Assembly (NCBI GenBank): GCA_964602665.1
Contig: CAZRRH010000003.1
Coordinates: forward strand, 66,963-130,962
Reading direction: 5' to 3'
Source of the DNA: an uncultured Candidatus Saccharibacteria bacterium
Lineage (GTDB): Bacteria; Patescibacteriota; Dojkabacteria; SC72; WJKH01
DNA: 64,000 bases
In this document: one piece after another, positions 17,617-28,070 of the stretch
Layout: each line of letters starts with the position of its first letter
Position numbering within the stretch: position 1 is the stretch's first letter
Notes under the pieces: generated by a model
What the model was told of the DNA's origin: nothing
What the model saw: only the letters and a program-made list of their open reading frames with translations
Database searches by the model: none
Program-made: the position numbers and the translations under genes

Positions 17617-19989
17617 TTATTCTTCGACGATGTTTGGAGGTGGCGTTGGAGATGAGTCTTCTGTAGCAGAATTTGTAGCTGATTGCTCACTTTGCTCGTC
17701 GTCTGATTTATCAGTATCAAAAGCGTACTGATTTTTAGTTTCTTCTTGCTTATCTAATTTCTCTTTTAATTGTTGGAGATATTTAGCTTGTTCCTCATCA
17801 ATTATGGCTTCTTCACTTTCTTCTTCAGCTGGTGTACTATCGGCTTTTAGTGTAAAAGGATAATCAAGGGGTAAATCTTCTGCTGTTGTGGTCGTTGCTG
17901 CTGTAGTATCAGAGATTGTTTCATCTTTATTTGTTGTACTTTCAAGAATAGGTGAGGTTGTCTCTTTAGCGGTTGTCTTATAGAGGTTTGTGTAATAATC
18001 GTCATAGCTTTTTATTTCTTCTTGTGTTAGTTCGTCGCTTGGTTGTGGCGTTTGAGGAACAGTAGATTCTTGTGTAATTGGAGGCTTTTCCTCTTCTAAA
18101 GCTTCCTGCTTTTGTACAGGAGTCTCTACTTCTATTGCTACTTCTGATGCCTTGTTATCATCTGGAATAGTTGTTGCAACTTGTGTTGATAAAGGTTGTA
18201 CATAAGTTGTTTCTTCAGCAACTGTTTTATCTTCATCAGGTTTTTTTTCTACTTGAGTGTAAGTAAATGGATATTTATCTTCTACAAAATCATTTTGTGC
18301 GGTTGTGGTTTGGTATTTAGTCTCTTCTGATGGTGTAGGCGGTGTATAGTAATTATAGTTGTCATAATACTCCTGATTATCTTCGTTTCTATTACTAAAA
18401 ATTTTGTAAATCAGATAAGGGATCAGAATTGCCAAAAGCAACACAATTAAAGCTATAATTCCGCCAATAATTAGTATTCTTTTGGCGATCTTCTTGCCAA
18501 AAATGGTGATTTCATCTTCTGTGGCTGGCAGCTTTACAGTAAAAGATGATGAGGCTTCTGTCTTATCTGCATTGCTATCTTCAAAAGAGACGGTAAATTT
18601 ATTTTGAGAGTTATCTTCTAAGTCTTCCTCAACCTGATATGTTATATTGATTTGAGACTTTCCAGAAGCTTCTTTTTTGATCTTAGAAGTAATGTCTTTG
18701 TCGTTAAAAGTCATTTTAATCGAATCTTCTACGATTGAAATATCTGTCGCTGTACTAAGAGAGGCTTTAATTATTGGCTTTGCGTCTGTTACTTCTGTAC
18801 CATCTTTTGGGAAGAGGATTGTTATTTTGCTTTTTTCAACCTGTGGCCCATCACATTTGCCATCTTTACAAGGATCTTCCTCTATAGAGTCTTTAGTTAT
18901 ATTAAAGGGAGAAGAAACAGCTCTACCTATAGCAGGAGGAGATTGATTATCAACTGCCTCTATAATAAACTGATATTTACCCGCCTCTAGACTATCAGGA
19001 ATTGTATATTCGTAACTTGTGCTTTTATATGAGATGTTATCATCTATTGTTATCCAACTGCTTTCACTTGCGCCTTCTTTTGCTATGTACAAGACATATT
19101 TTACAATTTGATTTTGATCTGATCCTCTCCAGTTTATCTTTATTATATCTTGTGCGGAAAAAGAGCTTCCAATTAGATTTGTATTAAAGGATAGTTTGGG
19201 GGTATCGTTTTGTCTTGGGGATACACTTATTACCCATGTTTGTGATTTTGTATTGCCGTTATAACCGTCCCATATCATCACATTTGCAAGATAGCTAGCC
19301 GCTTTATCTGCCACGCCATCAAATTGGATCGTTAAATCAACACCCCCTGCATCATTGGTTGTTTTGGTTATAACAGGATTTTCAAGCCATGGCGCCTGAG
19401 GGGTAAACGAATAATGATATCCAAAACTGGACGGGCTATCAATATCATTGGCTTTAAGTGTGTGCTGATATCTATCTCCGACTTTAAGATCAGCATTATC
19501 TGCTACTGTTGTGAAATTAGGCGCTTGATTTTGCAAAATGACTTGAGCTGTTGCTGGAGATCCGCTTGCTAACATACATGGATAAACACTGTTATTTGTG
19601 GTTAGTGTCCCATAGATGCTATAAGTGCCAAGTGTTGTCGGCGTATAAATGACCTCTGTTGAGAAACTATCAGCTCCTTGAGGAAAATTTGATATATTAA
19701 TTGGTCTTTCTATTCCACTCTCATTTGAGAATATAGATAAGCTAACTGATTGCTCCCCCGGGGTGCTAGTGCTTATCTCCATGGTAACAGGCTTGTCAAC
19801 TTGTAATTTTGATGGGTCAACATACAAAAATTTAATCTGACATTTGATCGAGCTACTACTATCAAATGCATCTGTTCTGCTATCTGTATCCGCATCTGAT
19901 GAGAAAAGCGAGAAAACGACAAATGGTGTCATGATAAGGATTATTGCAAATAAGATAAGGATGTACTTTTTTTTGCTCAGCTTTTTCAT
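17617..19989 (-). CDS. Large surface protein with Ig-like domains, second TM helix and long acidic low-complexity tail
   Basis: N-terminal TM, beta-rich segments (NQAPNF, NDTPKL), a TM helix past the middle and an E/T/P-rich C-terminus. Confidence 0.7.
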   Translation of the reverse strand: MKKLSKKKYILILFAIILIMTPFVVFSLFSSDADTDSRTDAFDSSSSIKCQIKFLYVDPSKLQVDKPVTMEISTSTPGEQSVSLSIFSNESGIERPINISNFPQGADSFSTEVIYTPTTLGTYSIYGTLTTNNSVYPCMLASGSPATAQVILQNQAPNFTTVADNADLKVGDRYQHTLKANDIDSPSSFGYHYSFTPQAPWLENPVITKTTNDAGGVDLTIQFDGVADKAASYLANVMIWDGYNGNTKSQTWVISVSPRQNDTPKLSFNTNLIGSSFSAQDIIKINWRGSDQNQIVKYVLYIAKEGASESSWITIDDNISYKSTSYEYTIPDSLEAGKYQFIIEAVDNQSPPAIGRAVSSPFNITKDSIEEDPCKDGKCDGPQVEKSKITILFPKDGTEVTDAKPIIKASLSTATDISIVEDSIKMTFNDKDITSKIKKEASGKSQINITYQVEEDLEDNSQNKFTVSFEDSNADKTEASSSFTVKLPATEDEITIFGKKIAKRILIIGGIIALIVLLLAILIPYLIYKIFSNRNEDNQEYYDNYNYYTPPTPSEETKYQTTTAQNDFVEDKYPFTYTQVEKKPDEDKTVAEETTYVQPLSTQVATTIPDDNKASEVAIEVETPVQKQEALEEEKPPITQESTVPQTPQPSDELTQEEIKSYDDYYTNLYKTTAKETTSPILESTTNKDETISDTTAATTTTAEDLPLDYPFTLKADSTPAEEESEEAIIDEEQAKYLQQLKEKLDKQEETKNQYAFDTDKSDDEQSEQSATNSATEDSSPTPPPNIVEE

Positions 19990-20009
19990 ATATTTTATTC
20001 TACACTAAA

Positions 20010-21374
20010 TTAGTCAAAATATGTAGAGTATTTTGAATTAATATTTGTCTTTGCTTCATCAAGTGCAACGGAAGGTGCTTTGCTACCATTTGTCACAGAA
20101 GAAATTGCTTTGTTTAGCTCAGATTCTACATATGCCTGATCTCCCATTTGCCATATCTTCATTGTGGGGGCTGATTCCATTACGGGTTTAACATAAGGAT
20201 GACTTGTTAACTCCTCTGCGATGTCTGGTCTAGAGTAAGGTTGTCCAAAAGAGCGTATTTTAGCACCGTTTTCATATTGTTTGCGCATTTGTTCTTTTTC
20301 GCTTAGCCATTTAATAAATTTCCAAGCTTCAAGCTGATTTTGGCTTTTATTGGGTACGGCATCGCCCCAGAACATAGCATAATCAGCTCTTGGATTATTA
20401 GGAAGTTGTGGTACGGAGGTTATGCCAAAATCTAGTTGCGCAGATGCGTTAATTATATCAAATGCCCGCCAACTAGGGCCAAAAAACATAGCTACCTTTC
20501 CTGCGTAAAATTCGTCTAGATCATAGCCTAAATCTGCTGACCAGACATTATAAACTTTTGAATAATCAGTGTAGTATTTTAGCGCATTTGAGGCTTTAGT
20601 GCCTTCAAGAGAAACTGATTTGCCATCACTACTTAATATTTGAGCTCCATTTTGAAAAAATAGCAAATTTAATATATCAGCAGAGTGTTTTACATTGCTT
20701 GAAGTTCCCATCCCAACGCCTGCTTGCGTAATTGTGCCGTTTTGATCTGTTTTTGTTAGTTTAATAGCTAGTTCAAGGAAACTATTCCAATCTGCTGGTG
20801 GTGTTGCAACCCCAGCTTGTGCCAACAGGCTTTTATTATAAAAAAGAACTAATCCGTCTATTGATTGTGGAATTGCGTAAATTTGGCCGTTTAGTCCTGT
20901 AAAAGCGTCTTGTGCAACTGGGTAAAATGCGCTTTTATAATCACTGGAAGACATTACAGAGGCAGGTATAGAAGCTAGATACGGTTGAAATTTAGGAAGC
21001 CATGTGGCATTGATTTTAATAATATCAGGAACGGGTTCGTTGGTTGTTGAACCTTGAACAAGTCTGGTGTATGTATTTAACTCGTATTGAGTAATTGATT
21101 TATTGACATACTCGATCTCAATGCTGTTGTTTAACGCCTCGTATTCGTCGATTAAAGGCTGTATTGTTGAGCTAGGCTCCCATAAGTTATAGTAAACCAG
21201 CCTGGTTTTATTTGCATTGTTGGTATTTGTCGTATCTTCATCGTCTCCGTTATTATCAGTATTCCCTTTTGGCTTTGTAAGAGAAATGATTAAAAAGGCT
21301 ATTATAATGAAAAAAACAAGTAAAATAACTCCAAAAATAATCATTTTTTTATTCATATCTTTCTGCAATAACAA
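20010..21374 (-). CDS. Extracellular solute-binding protein (sugar ABC family 1)
   Basis: GQIYAIP...LFYNKSLL, FYAGKVAMFF, EAWKFIKWL; start may be ATG 21356. Confidence 0.85.
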   Translation of the reverse strand: MLLQKDMNKKMIIFGVILLVFFIIIAFLIISLTKPKGNTDNNGDDEDTTNTNNANKTRLVYYNLWEPSSTIQPLIDEYEALNNSIEIEYVNKSITQYELNTYTRLVQGSTTNEPVPDIIKINATWLPKFQPYLASIPASVMSSSDYKSAFYPVAQDAFTGLNGQIYAIPQSIDGLVLFYNKSLLAQAGVATPPADWNSFLELAIKLTKTDQNGTITQAGVGMGTSSNVKHSADILNLLFFQNGAQILSSDGKSVSLEGTKASNALKYYTDYSKVYNVWSADLGYDLDEFYAGKVAMFFGPSWRAFDIINASAQLDFGITSVPQLPNNPRADYAMFWGDAVPNKSQNQLEAWKFIKWLSEKEQMRKQYENGAKIRSFGQPYSRPDIAEELTSHPYVKPVMESAPTMKIWQMGDQAYVESELNKAISSVTNGSKAPSVALDEAKTNINSKYSTYFD

Positions 21375-22131
21375 TTAATCTTTCAGAACCGATTCCTAAT
21401 GGCCAACAAGTCATCAAGGTGACGGTCTCTTTATTCTGTGATTCTAACACAGAGAAATCATTGGCAGGAACCTTTTTAATCTGCTTAACGGTATAAATAA
21501 AAGTGTTTCCATCTTTCTCGATGCTAAATGTATCACCAAATTTTACTTTCTCAAGCTTTGTAAAAGCTATTTCAGGGCTGTTTTTATTTGATGAAAAGAA
21601 ACTTTCAACAGTACTGTGTCCATAAATAAATGAATTCCCACCATCGCCTGGAAGAGGCGTTCCTTTGAAATGCCCTGCACCTTTTTTAAGACTTTCGTTA
21701 TAAACTACCTCATCGTAGCTATTAACATTTGGTGTTATATGAAGATCCGCTATTTGTACAGAAGGGATAGAGATTTTCATTGGTTTGCTGTAACCCTCAT
21801 CTATATGCACTTTTTTAATCGTTTTAGAAGAAACATCGTAAAAGGTATTACCTTCCTGAGTTGAAAGACCCGATTTCTCAAGAAAATTTTGAAAATAGCT
21901 TTTACCTGGGTCATAATAAGACTGCTCTATAAGCACTTGTTTTTGTGATTGAGAGATTGGCATAACAAGGGCAGAGGCTTTGCGCTCAATTATATAACCC
22001 TTGGTATAAGAAATTGCAAGCGGAATAAGCTGAGAGAGCAATATTATAAGGCCTAGTGAGCCAAATATTGCTGACATAGTGTACCTGACTTTTTTAACGG
22101 TATTTTCTTGCTCTTGATACATGTCTTCCAT
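21349..22131 (-). CDS. Sortase
   Basis: GNSFIYGHS, VTLMTCWP and ERLIV supply the His/Cys/Arg triad; N-terminal TM helix. Confidence 0.9.
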   Translation of the reverse strand: MEDMYQEQENTVKKVRYTMSAIFGSLGLIILLSQLIPLAISYTKGYIIERKASALVMPISQSQKQVLIEQSYYDPGKSYFQNFLEKSGLSTQEGNTFYDVSSKTIKKVHIDEGYSKPMKISIPSVQIADLHITPNVNSYDEVVYNESLKKGAGHFKGTPLPGDGGNSFIYGHSTVESFFSSNKNSPEIAFTKLEKVKFGDTFSIEKDGNTFIYTVKQIKKVPANDFSVLESQNKETVTLMTCWPLGIGSERLIVIAERYE

Positions 22132-22162
22132 ATTGTACTAAATTTATCACATTTTTATTGAC

Positions 22163-22191
22163 TTGACAACAGGGAACAGATTTGGTATAAT
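22163..22191 (+). promoter_or_regulatory. Consensus sigma70 promoter upstream of rny
   Basis: TTGACA, 17-bp spacer, TATAAT with extended TG. Confidence 0.75.
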
Positions 22192-22369
22192 ATAAAATGA
22201 TTTTATAGCTTGGGTTAAATACGAAATTAATACAGAATAAATATATGAAAAGTGAAATATTAACTAAGATATTCAATACTTTAGCAGTATTTAAAAAGAC
22301 GGATTAAAAACTTCTCGTCTGATTTCGCATAACTCATAAAAGCTAAGTTAATTTTAGTGATTTTTTGTT

Positions 22370-23884
22370 ATGGAAATAATAGGAATAATAGCCTTAATAA
22401 TAGGGCTTGGATCGATAGGAGGTGCTGCCTATATAGTCACGAGCGGTAAGAAAAAGCTTATCTCTGACGAGCAAGCAATTGAGCTTGCAAGCACAAAAGC
22501 TAAACAGATAATTGAGAAAGCACAGCTAGAGGGTGACCAAATAGTTGAAAAAGCCGAAGAGATGGCCTCAAAGACTCGTAGAACAGTCGCCGAGCAAGAG
22601 AATTTAATGAACGAGAGGGAAAAAGCTCTTGATAATAGAGCAAAACTTCTTGATAAAAGGGCTGGCGATATAGAGTTAAATGTTTCTAAAATAAAAAGAG
22701 CAAAGAAAATTCTTGACGAGGGCAGAGACAAGCTCAAATTTGAGCTTGAGAAGATATCTCAAATGACTAGAGATGAAGCTCAGAAAAAGCTTATGGAAGA
22801 GGTCGAAGAAGATCTCAAAGATCATAAAGCAAAAAGAATTAGAGAGGTCGAGAAAGAAGCGGAAATAGAGGCTAGTACAAGAGCCAAAAATGTCCTTGTT
22901 GAAGCAATGCAAAGTGTTGCAACTGATTATGTAGGTGAAACGACGACAACGACTTTTAAAATTGACGATGAAAAGATTAAAGGCCGGGTTATTGGTAAAG
23001 ATGGTAGAAATATCCGCTCATTTGAGAAAGCAACAGGAGTTGATTTAATAATTGATGAAGCTCCAAATGAGATAGGTATATCATCATTTGATCCTATAAG
23101 AAGGGAAATTGCAAAAATTGCAATGGGTAAGCTTGTTAAAGATGGTAGAATTCATCCGGGCACAATCGAAGATGAAGTCAGAAAAGCTAAAAACGAGCTT
23201 GCAGAAGAGATTAGAAAAAACGGTCAAGTTCTTGCGGAAGAAGCTGGATGGCCAGGTATTGATCCCGATTTACTTAAAATAGTAGGTAAGATGAAATATC
23301 GTACAAGCTATGGTCAAAGTCTTATGGCTCATACAATCGAAGTTATTCGTATTGGAGCAATATTAGCCGCCGAAGTTGGAGCGGATGTTGATCTTGTAAA
23401 AAAAGCGTGCTTGTTGCACGACATGGGTAAGGTATTTACGCATAAAATTGAAGGAGCGCATCATCATATATCGGGTCAAATCGCGAGAAAGTATGGATTG
23501 CCTGAAAAGTTGGTAAACGCTATAGAGGCACATCATCTTGACATTGACACACAAAGCATAGAAGCTGTTATTGTTTATATAGCTGACGCGATATCTGGAT
23601 CTCGACCTGGTGCAAGGAAAGATAGCTATGAAGATTATATCAAAAGAGTTGAGTCAATAGAGAAAGCCGCAATGGAAGTTGGAGGAGACAAAGTTGACGA
23701 AGTATTTGCAATTCATGCAGGCAGAGAGGTCAGAGTGATTGTTAAGCCAAACGGCACAGATGACGAAGATATTCCTATACTTGCTAAGAGCATTGCAGAA
23801 AGAATCGAGAAAGATCAAACAAGTCATGGCACGGTTAAAGTCACTGTTGTAAGAGAATACAGGGTAGAGGAGAATGCAAATTAA
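22370..23884 (+). CDS. rny: Ribonuclease Y
   Basis: TM, coiled coil, KH motif KGRVIGKDGRNIR, HD motif LLHDMGK, ADAISGSRPGAR. Confidence 0.97.
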   Translation: MEIIGIIALIIGLGSIGGAAYIVTSGKKKLISDEQAIELASTKAKQIIEKAQLEGDQIVEKAEEMASKTRRTVAEQENLMNEREKALDNRAKLLDKRAGDIELNVSKIKRAKKILDEGRDKLKFELEKISQMTRDEAQKKLMEEVEEDLKDHKAKRIREVEKEAEIEASTRAKNVLVEAMQSVATDYVGETTTTTFKIDDEKIKGRVIGKDGRNIRSFEKATGVDLIIDEAPNEIGISSFDPIRREIAKIAMGKLVKDGRIHPGTIEDEVRKAKNELAEEIRKNGQVLAEEAGWPGIDPDLLKIVGKMKYRTSYGQSLMAHTIEVIRIGAILAAEVGADVDLVKKACLLHDMGKVFTHKIEGAHHHISGQIARKYGLPEKLVNAIEAHHLDIDTQSIEAVIVYIADAISGSRPGARKDSYEDYIKRVESIEKAAMEVGGDKVDEVFAIHAGREVRVIVKPNGTDDEDIPILAKSIAERIEKDQTSHGTVKVTVVREYRVEENAN

Positions 23885-24680
23885 TACTATTATGAAAATA
23901 CTTTTTATTGGAGATGTGTGCGGAAAACCGGGAAGAGAGATGATAAGGGATATTTTGCCAAATTTGCGTAAGAAAGAGCAAATAGGCCTTGTGGTCGCAA
24001 ACATTGATAATTTGGCTCACGGAATTGGTGCTTCGCCGGAGACGGTGCGTGAAATAATGTCTTATGGCGTTGACGCAATGACAAGCGGTCAACACATATG
24101 GCGTAAGCAAGAGTCAAGAGAAGTTCTTAGTGGCGAATTTCCTGTCGCTAGGCCTGCTAATTACCCAGATTTTGTAGAAGGCAAGGGCATGATAGAAGTC
24201 GATATGGGAAGCAAAGGTACTGTTTTGATAATCCATTTACTTGGTTGGGTTTTTATGAATGATCGTAACGTTTTGGAGCCACTTAACTATGCGAGTAAAA
24301 TGATTGAAGGGATCGATTATGACAAATATGTAGCAATAATAGTCGATTTCCACGCGGAAGCTACCTCTGAGAAGTTATCAATGAGTTATTTGCTTGATGG
24401 TAAAGTTAGTGCTTTAGTTGGCTCGCATACACATATTCCAACAGCTGACGAACGAATTTTGCCAAAAGGAACTGCTTATATTACAGACATGGGGATGGTC
24501 GGTCCATATAATTCCACTCTCTGGGTTAAAAATGACATCATATTGCAACAAAACATGCTGCCATATCCAGTCAAATATGAGATAGAAGAAGATGGTGAAA
24601 GAGTGTTTAATGCCGTTTTAATAGAAGCTAATAGTCCTAAAAACGCTTTTGGGATAAAGAGAATTGAGGTTATCAAATAA
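23874..24680 (+). CDS. ymdB: YmdB-family (TIGR00282) metallophosphoesterase
   Basis: ILFIGDVCGKPG, DFHAEATSEK, GSHTHIPTAD; follows rny; start may be ATG 23892. Confidence 0.92.
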   Translation: MQINTIMKILFIGDVCGKPGREMIRDILPNLRKKEQIGLVVANIDNLAHGIGASPETVREIMSYGVDAMTSGQHIWRKQESREVLSGEFPVARPANYPDFVEGKGMIEVDMGSKGTVLIIHLLGWVFMNDRNVLEPLNYASKMIEGIDYDKYVAIIVDFHAEATSEKLSMSYLLDGKVSALVGSHTHIPTADERILPKGTAYITDMGMVGPYNSTLWVKNDIILQQNMLPYPVKYEIEEDGERVFNAVLIEANSPKNAFGIKRIEVIK

Positions 24681-24791
24681 ATATCCTTTTGTGTATTGAC
24701 ATTTTCTTCAAATTGGATTATTGTATATGGTAGAAAGCTAATTTTTAATTAAGCGTTTCTATCTTAAAGGCGAAAGGAGGATAAGTCAAGT

Positions 24792-25064
24792 ATGTTAAAG
24801 AAAGATTTAGTCGAGAAAGTCGCTATGAAAGCTGGCATCACTAAAAAAGATGCAACAACAGCAGTCGATACAATGCTTACAAGCATCAAAGATGCATTAA
24901 GCAAAGGCGACACAGTTCTTCTTACCGGATTTGGTAAATTCGAAGTAAGAAAACGATCTGCAAGAGCGGGTATAAACCCACAGACATTGCAGAAGATTAC
25001 TTTGCCTGCATCTAAGGTTCCTGCATTTAAAGCTGGAAAGGCCTTAAAAGCAGTTGTAAAGTAA
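24792..25064 (+). CDS. hup: DNA-binding protein HU
   Basis: GFGKFEVRKRSARAGINPQT, VPAFKAGKALK; AAGGAGG Shine-Dalgarno upstream. Confidence 0.97.
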   Translation: MLKKDLVEKVAMKAGITKKDATTAVDTMLTSIKDALSKGDTVLLTGFGKFEVRKRSARAGINPQTLQKITLPASKVPAFKAGKALKAVVK

Positions 25065-25089
25065 GTAATAAGGTAATGCTTTGTATATG

Positions 25090-25161
25090 ACGCCCCCGCC
25101 ATTAGGATCCTGCCATTGGGAAATTAAATTTCCTAATGGCAGGGCCTATTGGCGGGGGCGT
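25090..25161 (+). repeat. Long GC-rich inverted repeat/hairpin downstream of hup
   Basis: About 33 bp of pairing; outer ACGCCCCCGCCA/TGGCGGGGGCGT is perfect. Confidence 0.9.
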
Positions 25162-25217
25162 TCTCTTAGGAATTTTCTTCACTTGAAATTATAATGGTTA
25201 AATGTTATAAGTAAATA

Positions 25218-26591
25218 ATGATCAAGCAGTTCTTTGTTCCCCAAAAAAAAAATAAGTTTGAACCTTATGTTATAAGACCAATTGCCCTTTTGTTTTACAC
25301 AATATTTTTGGTCAGTGTAAATCTATATCTTGTTCCAAGAGATAAAGTTGTTGCCAGTAGCATAACTTCTCAAAGCTTAATAGAGTTAACAAATGAAGAA
25401 AGACTCAAGTATGGTCTTAACGAGCTTTCTGCGGATATTAATCTTACTAGTGCTGCTTATGCTAAGGCAAATGATATTCTTACAAATCAATATTGGGATC
25501 ATTACGGGCCAAGTGGTCAAACACCATGGTCTTTTATGATTAGCGCAGGATATAATTACTATTATGCGGGGGAGAATTTGGCTAAGGGTTTTAGCTCTAG
25601 TGAGGGTGTTCATCAAGCTCTTATGAATAGCCCAACCCATAGAGAAAATATCTTGGGAACAAATTATCAAGATATTGGTATCGCCGTCGTAGAGGGCGAT
25701 TTACTTGGAGAGAAGGTTAATCTCGTTGTCCAGATGTTTGGAAGTAAAAATGGTGATAATAATGTCCCTACAAATTCAACAGAGGTCAAAGGTGAGAGTA
25801 ATATTGATTCTTCAAGCATAAAGAGTATTAAGATAACTTATCCTAATGAGTTGGATTATATTTCTACAAATAAGATAAAGGTTACTGGTGAAGCATCTCC
25901 TGTGGATGTTAATTCAAAAGGGGCAATTTCGCTTGATCAAGAGGTCCTTGGCGAGTTTGATATTAATAATGGAAGCTGGGTATATGAGATTGGTAAGACT
26001 TTGACTCAAGGAGAACATGCTATTGTTGGTAGTGCTGATTTGGCTCGTGATAGTCGTACATTTTTTATTGATACTTTGTCTCCTATTCTTTTTGTTGATA
26101 AGATGACTTATGAGCAGAATGTGCTTGATATTTATTTGTCTGCAAATGAGCCTGACTTGGTGGTGCAAGCTGTTATAGGCTCAGACATTAAAAGTGCGGC
26201 TTTAAACGAATTTGCATTATATGAGGTCAGTATTGAGAATTATAATAATGAAAATGTTAAGATAATAGCTAAAGATAAGGCCGGCAATGTCCAAGAGGTT
26301 GATTTATCAGAACAAATAGAGAAGTTAGTTAAAAAGAATGTTCAAGGAGATGATTTTAATATTAGATCTTTAATCAGTAGTATTGACTTAAGTAGCAGAG
26401 ACATGTTTAACGGAGGTTTTATTCTTTTTGTTATGATAATAATAATTATTGAACTTATACTTTTGTATAGACAAAGACTTCTTGCATCAAAAGGATATCT
26501 CGTCACGATGCTTTTTGTCTGGTCTGTGGTGATTGTTTTAAGTTACATCATTGGTTTGGATGGCTCTTTAGGTGGAAGCATTAATGTATGA
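25218..26591 (+). CDS. CAP/SCP-domain membrane protein
   Basis: LIELTNEER, AGENLAKGF, LMNSPTHRENIL; terminal TM helices. Confidence 0.88.
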   Translation: MIKQFFVPQKKNKFEPYVIRPIALLFYTIFLVSVNLYLVPRDKVVASSITSQSLIELTNEERLKYGLNELSADINLTSAAYAKANDILTNQYWDHYGPSGQTPWSFMISAGYNYYYAGENLAKGFSSSEGVHQALMNSPTHRENILGTNYQDIGIAVVEGDLLGEKVNLVVQMFGSKNGDNNVPTNSTEVKGESNIDSSSIKSIKITYPNELDYISTNKIKVTGEASPVDVNSKGAISLDQEVLGEFDINNGSWVYEIGKTLTQGEHAIVGSADLARDSRTFFIDTLSPILFVDKMTYEQNVLDIYLSANEPDLVVQAVIGSDIKSAALNEFALYEVSIENYNNENVKIIAKDKAGNVQEVDLSEQIEKLVKKNVQGDDFNIRSLISSIDLSSRDMFNGGFILFVMIIIIIELILLYRQRLLASKGYLVTMLFVWSVVIVLSYIIGLDGSLGGSINV

Positions 26592-27340
26592 AGACGATTT
26601 TGTACAGTTTAACAATAAGCTTTTGCTGGATTATGATCGCTATTGCTAATCGCTGGGTTCATATGCTTGGATTTAGTTGGTTAGGAGCGACGATATTGAT
26701 TTCTTGGGTTGTTATTGGTGTTTTAAATGCGCGAGAAAAAGAGGTTAGCAAATATTCCAAGGTTCTTATTAAGATGAGATTAAAAGAGCGAATTTTTTAT
26801 TATATTACTATTCCAATTATCTTTTTTCTATCCGTGTCGGGTTATGTTTTCTTTTTGTCTCATGAGATTATGTCTTATACCATTATTGTTATTTCCTCAA
26901 TTGTTTTGTATGTTTATATGCGGGGAATTGATTCTACTTATCAGAGATATTTTTATATTACGCCGTTTAACAGGGTCTTGTTTACGCTTATGAATACGGC
27001 TGTTTTTTACCTGTTTTTATCTCTTGTTTATGCGATTCTGCCTGGCAATGTCTTTACAGGAGCGCTATCGATATTCTTTGTTTCTTTTGGGTTATTGTTT
27101 TTCGATATTATCATGAGAAAGATTGCTTCTTGGCAAGCGATTGTTGTTGCTGCTATTTCTTCATTGTTGATGACTTTTATTGTGTTTTTAAACGGCTGGC
27201 TTTTTATTATTGTTGGCGTTTTATACTTCTTTATGATAATATCCTATTGGCAAATTTATTTATCGGGAGCTAGAAAAATTGAGTATTATCTACCTCCTTT
27301 AATGTTTATAATTATGGCTTTGTTTATTATTTTGCTATGA
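26588..27340 (+). CDS. Polytopic membrane protein of unknown function
   Basis: About 8-9 hydrophobic segments; 4-bp overlaps with both neighbours. Confidence 0.65.
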   Translation: MKTILYSLTISFCWIMIAIANRWVHMLGFSWLGATILISWVVIGVLNAREKEVSKYSKVLIKMRLKERIFYYITIPIIFFLSVSGYVFFLSHEIMSYTIIVISSIVLYVYMRGIDSTYQRYFYITPFNRVLFTLMNTAVFYLFLSLVYAILPGNVFTGALSIFFVSFGLLFFDIIMRKIASWQAIVVAAISSLLMTFIVFLNGWLFIIVGVLYFFMIISYWQIYLSGARKIEYYLPPLMFIIMALFIILL

Positions 27341-28056
27341 AAAAGAAAATTGTGTTAAAAATAGGTGGATCATTGCTTTATGACGATAATCTTGCATTGA
27401 ACACGCTTTTTTTAGCAAAGTTTAAAAAATGGCTTGATCAAAGCAAAGATATTTACAGCAAGATTGTTGTTATTGTTGGTGGAGGGAAGCTATCTAGACA
27501 GATGCAACAGAAAACACAAGGTCTAGTACAGACTGATGATGATATCCATGGTATAGCTATGCAGGTTACGATGTTAAATGCTCAGATTTTAAAAGAGATT
27601 ATGGACAGTAATGATAAAAGTATTGTCGTTCCGAGAAGCTTGGGAGAGCTTTTTGAACTTGCAACGGAAAACGATGATGCTAAAGTAGTTTTTTCTGGCG
27701 GATTGCGTAAGGGCTGGAGCACAGATATGGATGCCGCTGTTTGTGCTAATGCTATAGGGATAAATAGAGTTTATAAGCTATCAAAAACGGACGGAATTTA
27801 TGACAGCGATCCCGAGCAGAATAAAGATGCCAAGTATATAAAAGAGATTAAATGGCCAGACTATTTCGAGCTTTTTGGAGTGAATATTAAGGATAATTTG
27901 ACTCATATTCCTAATAAAAGCCTCCCGATTGATCTCGTTTGTGCTAAATACTGCGCTGATAGGACAATTGATTTTTTTGTCAGTGGGGGTAAAGATATAG
28001 AAAAGTACAGTTTATTAGCTGAAGTACTTGAAGAGGGAAGTTTTGTCCACAATTAA
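27337..28056 (+). CDS. pyrH: Uridylate kinase (archaeal-like)
   Basis: IVLKIGGSL, VIVGGGKLSR, GWSTDMDAA, DGIYDSDP. Confidence 0.85.
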   Translation: MKKKIVLKIGGSLLYDDNLALNTLFLAKFKKWLDQSKDIYSKIVVIVGGGKLSRQMQQKTQGLVQTDDDIHGIAMQVTMLNAQILKEIMDSNDKSIVVPRSLGELFELATENDDAKVVFSGGLRKGWSTDMDAAVCANAIGINRVYKLSKTDGIYDSDPEQNKDAKYIKEIKWPDYFELFGVNIKDNLTHIPNKSLPIDLVCAKYCADRTIDFFVSGGKDIEKYSLLAEVLEEGSFVHN

Positions 28057-28070
28057 AGAATTGTTCTTGA

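Noticed and set aside
24764-25102. 112-aa minus-strand ORF
   Set aside because: Antisense shadow of hup.
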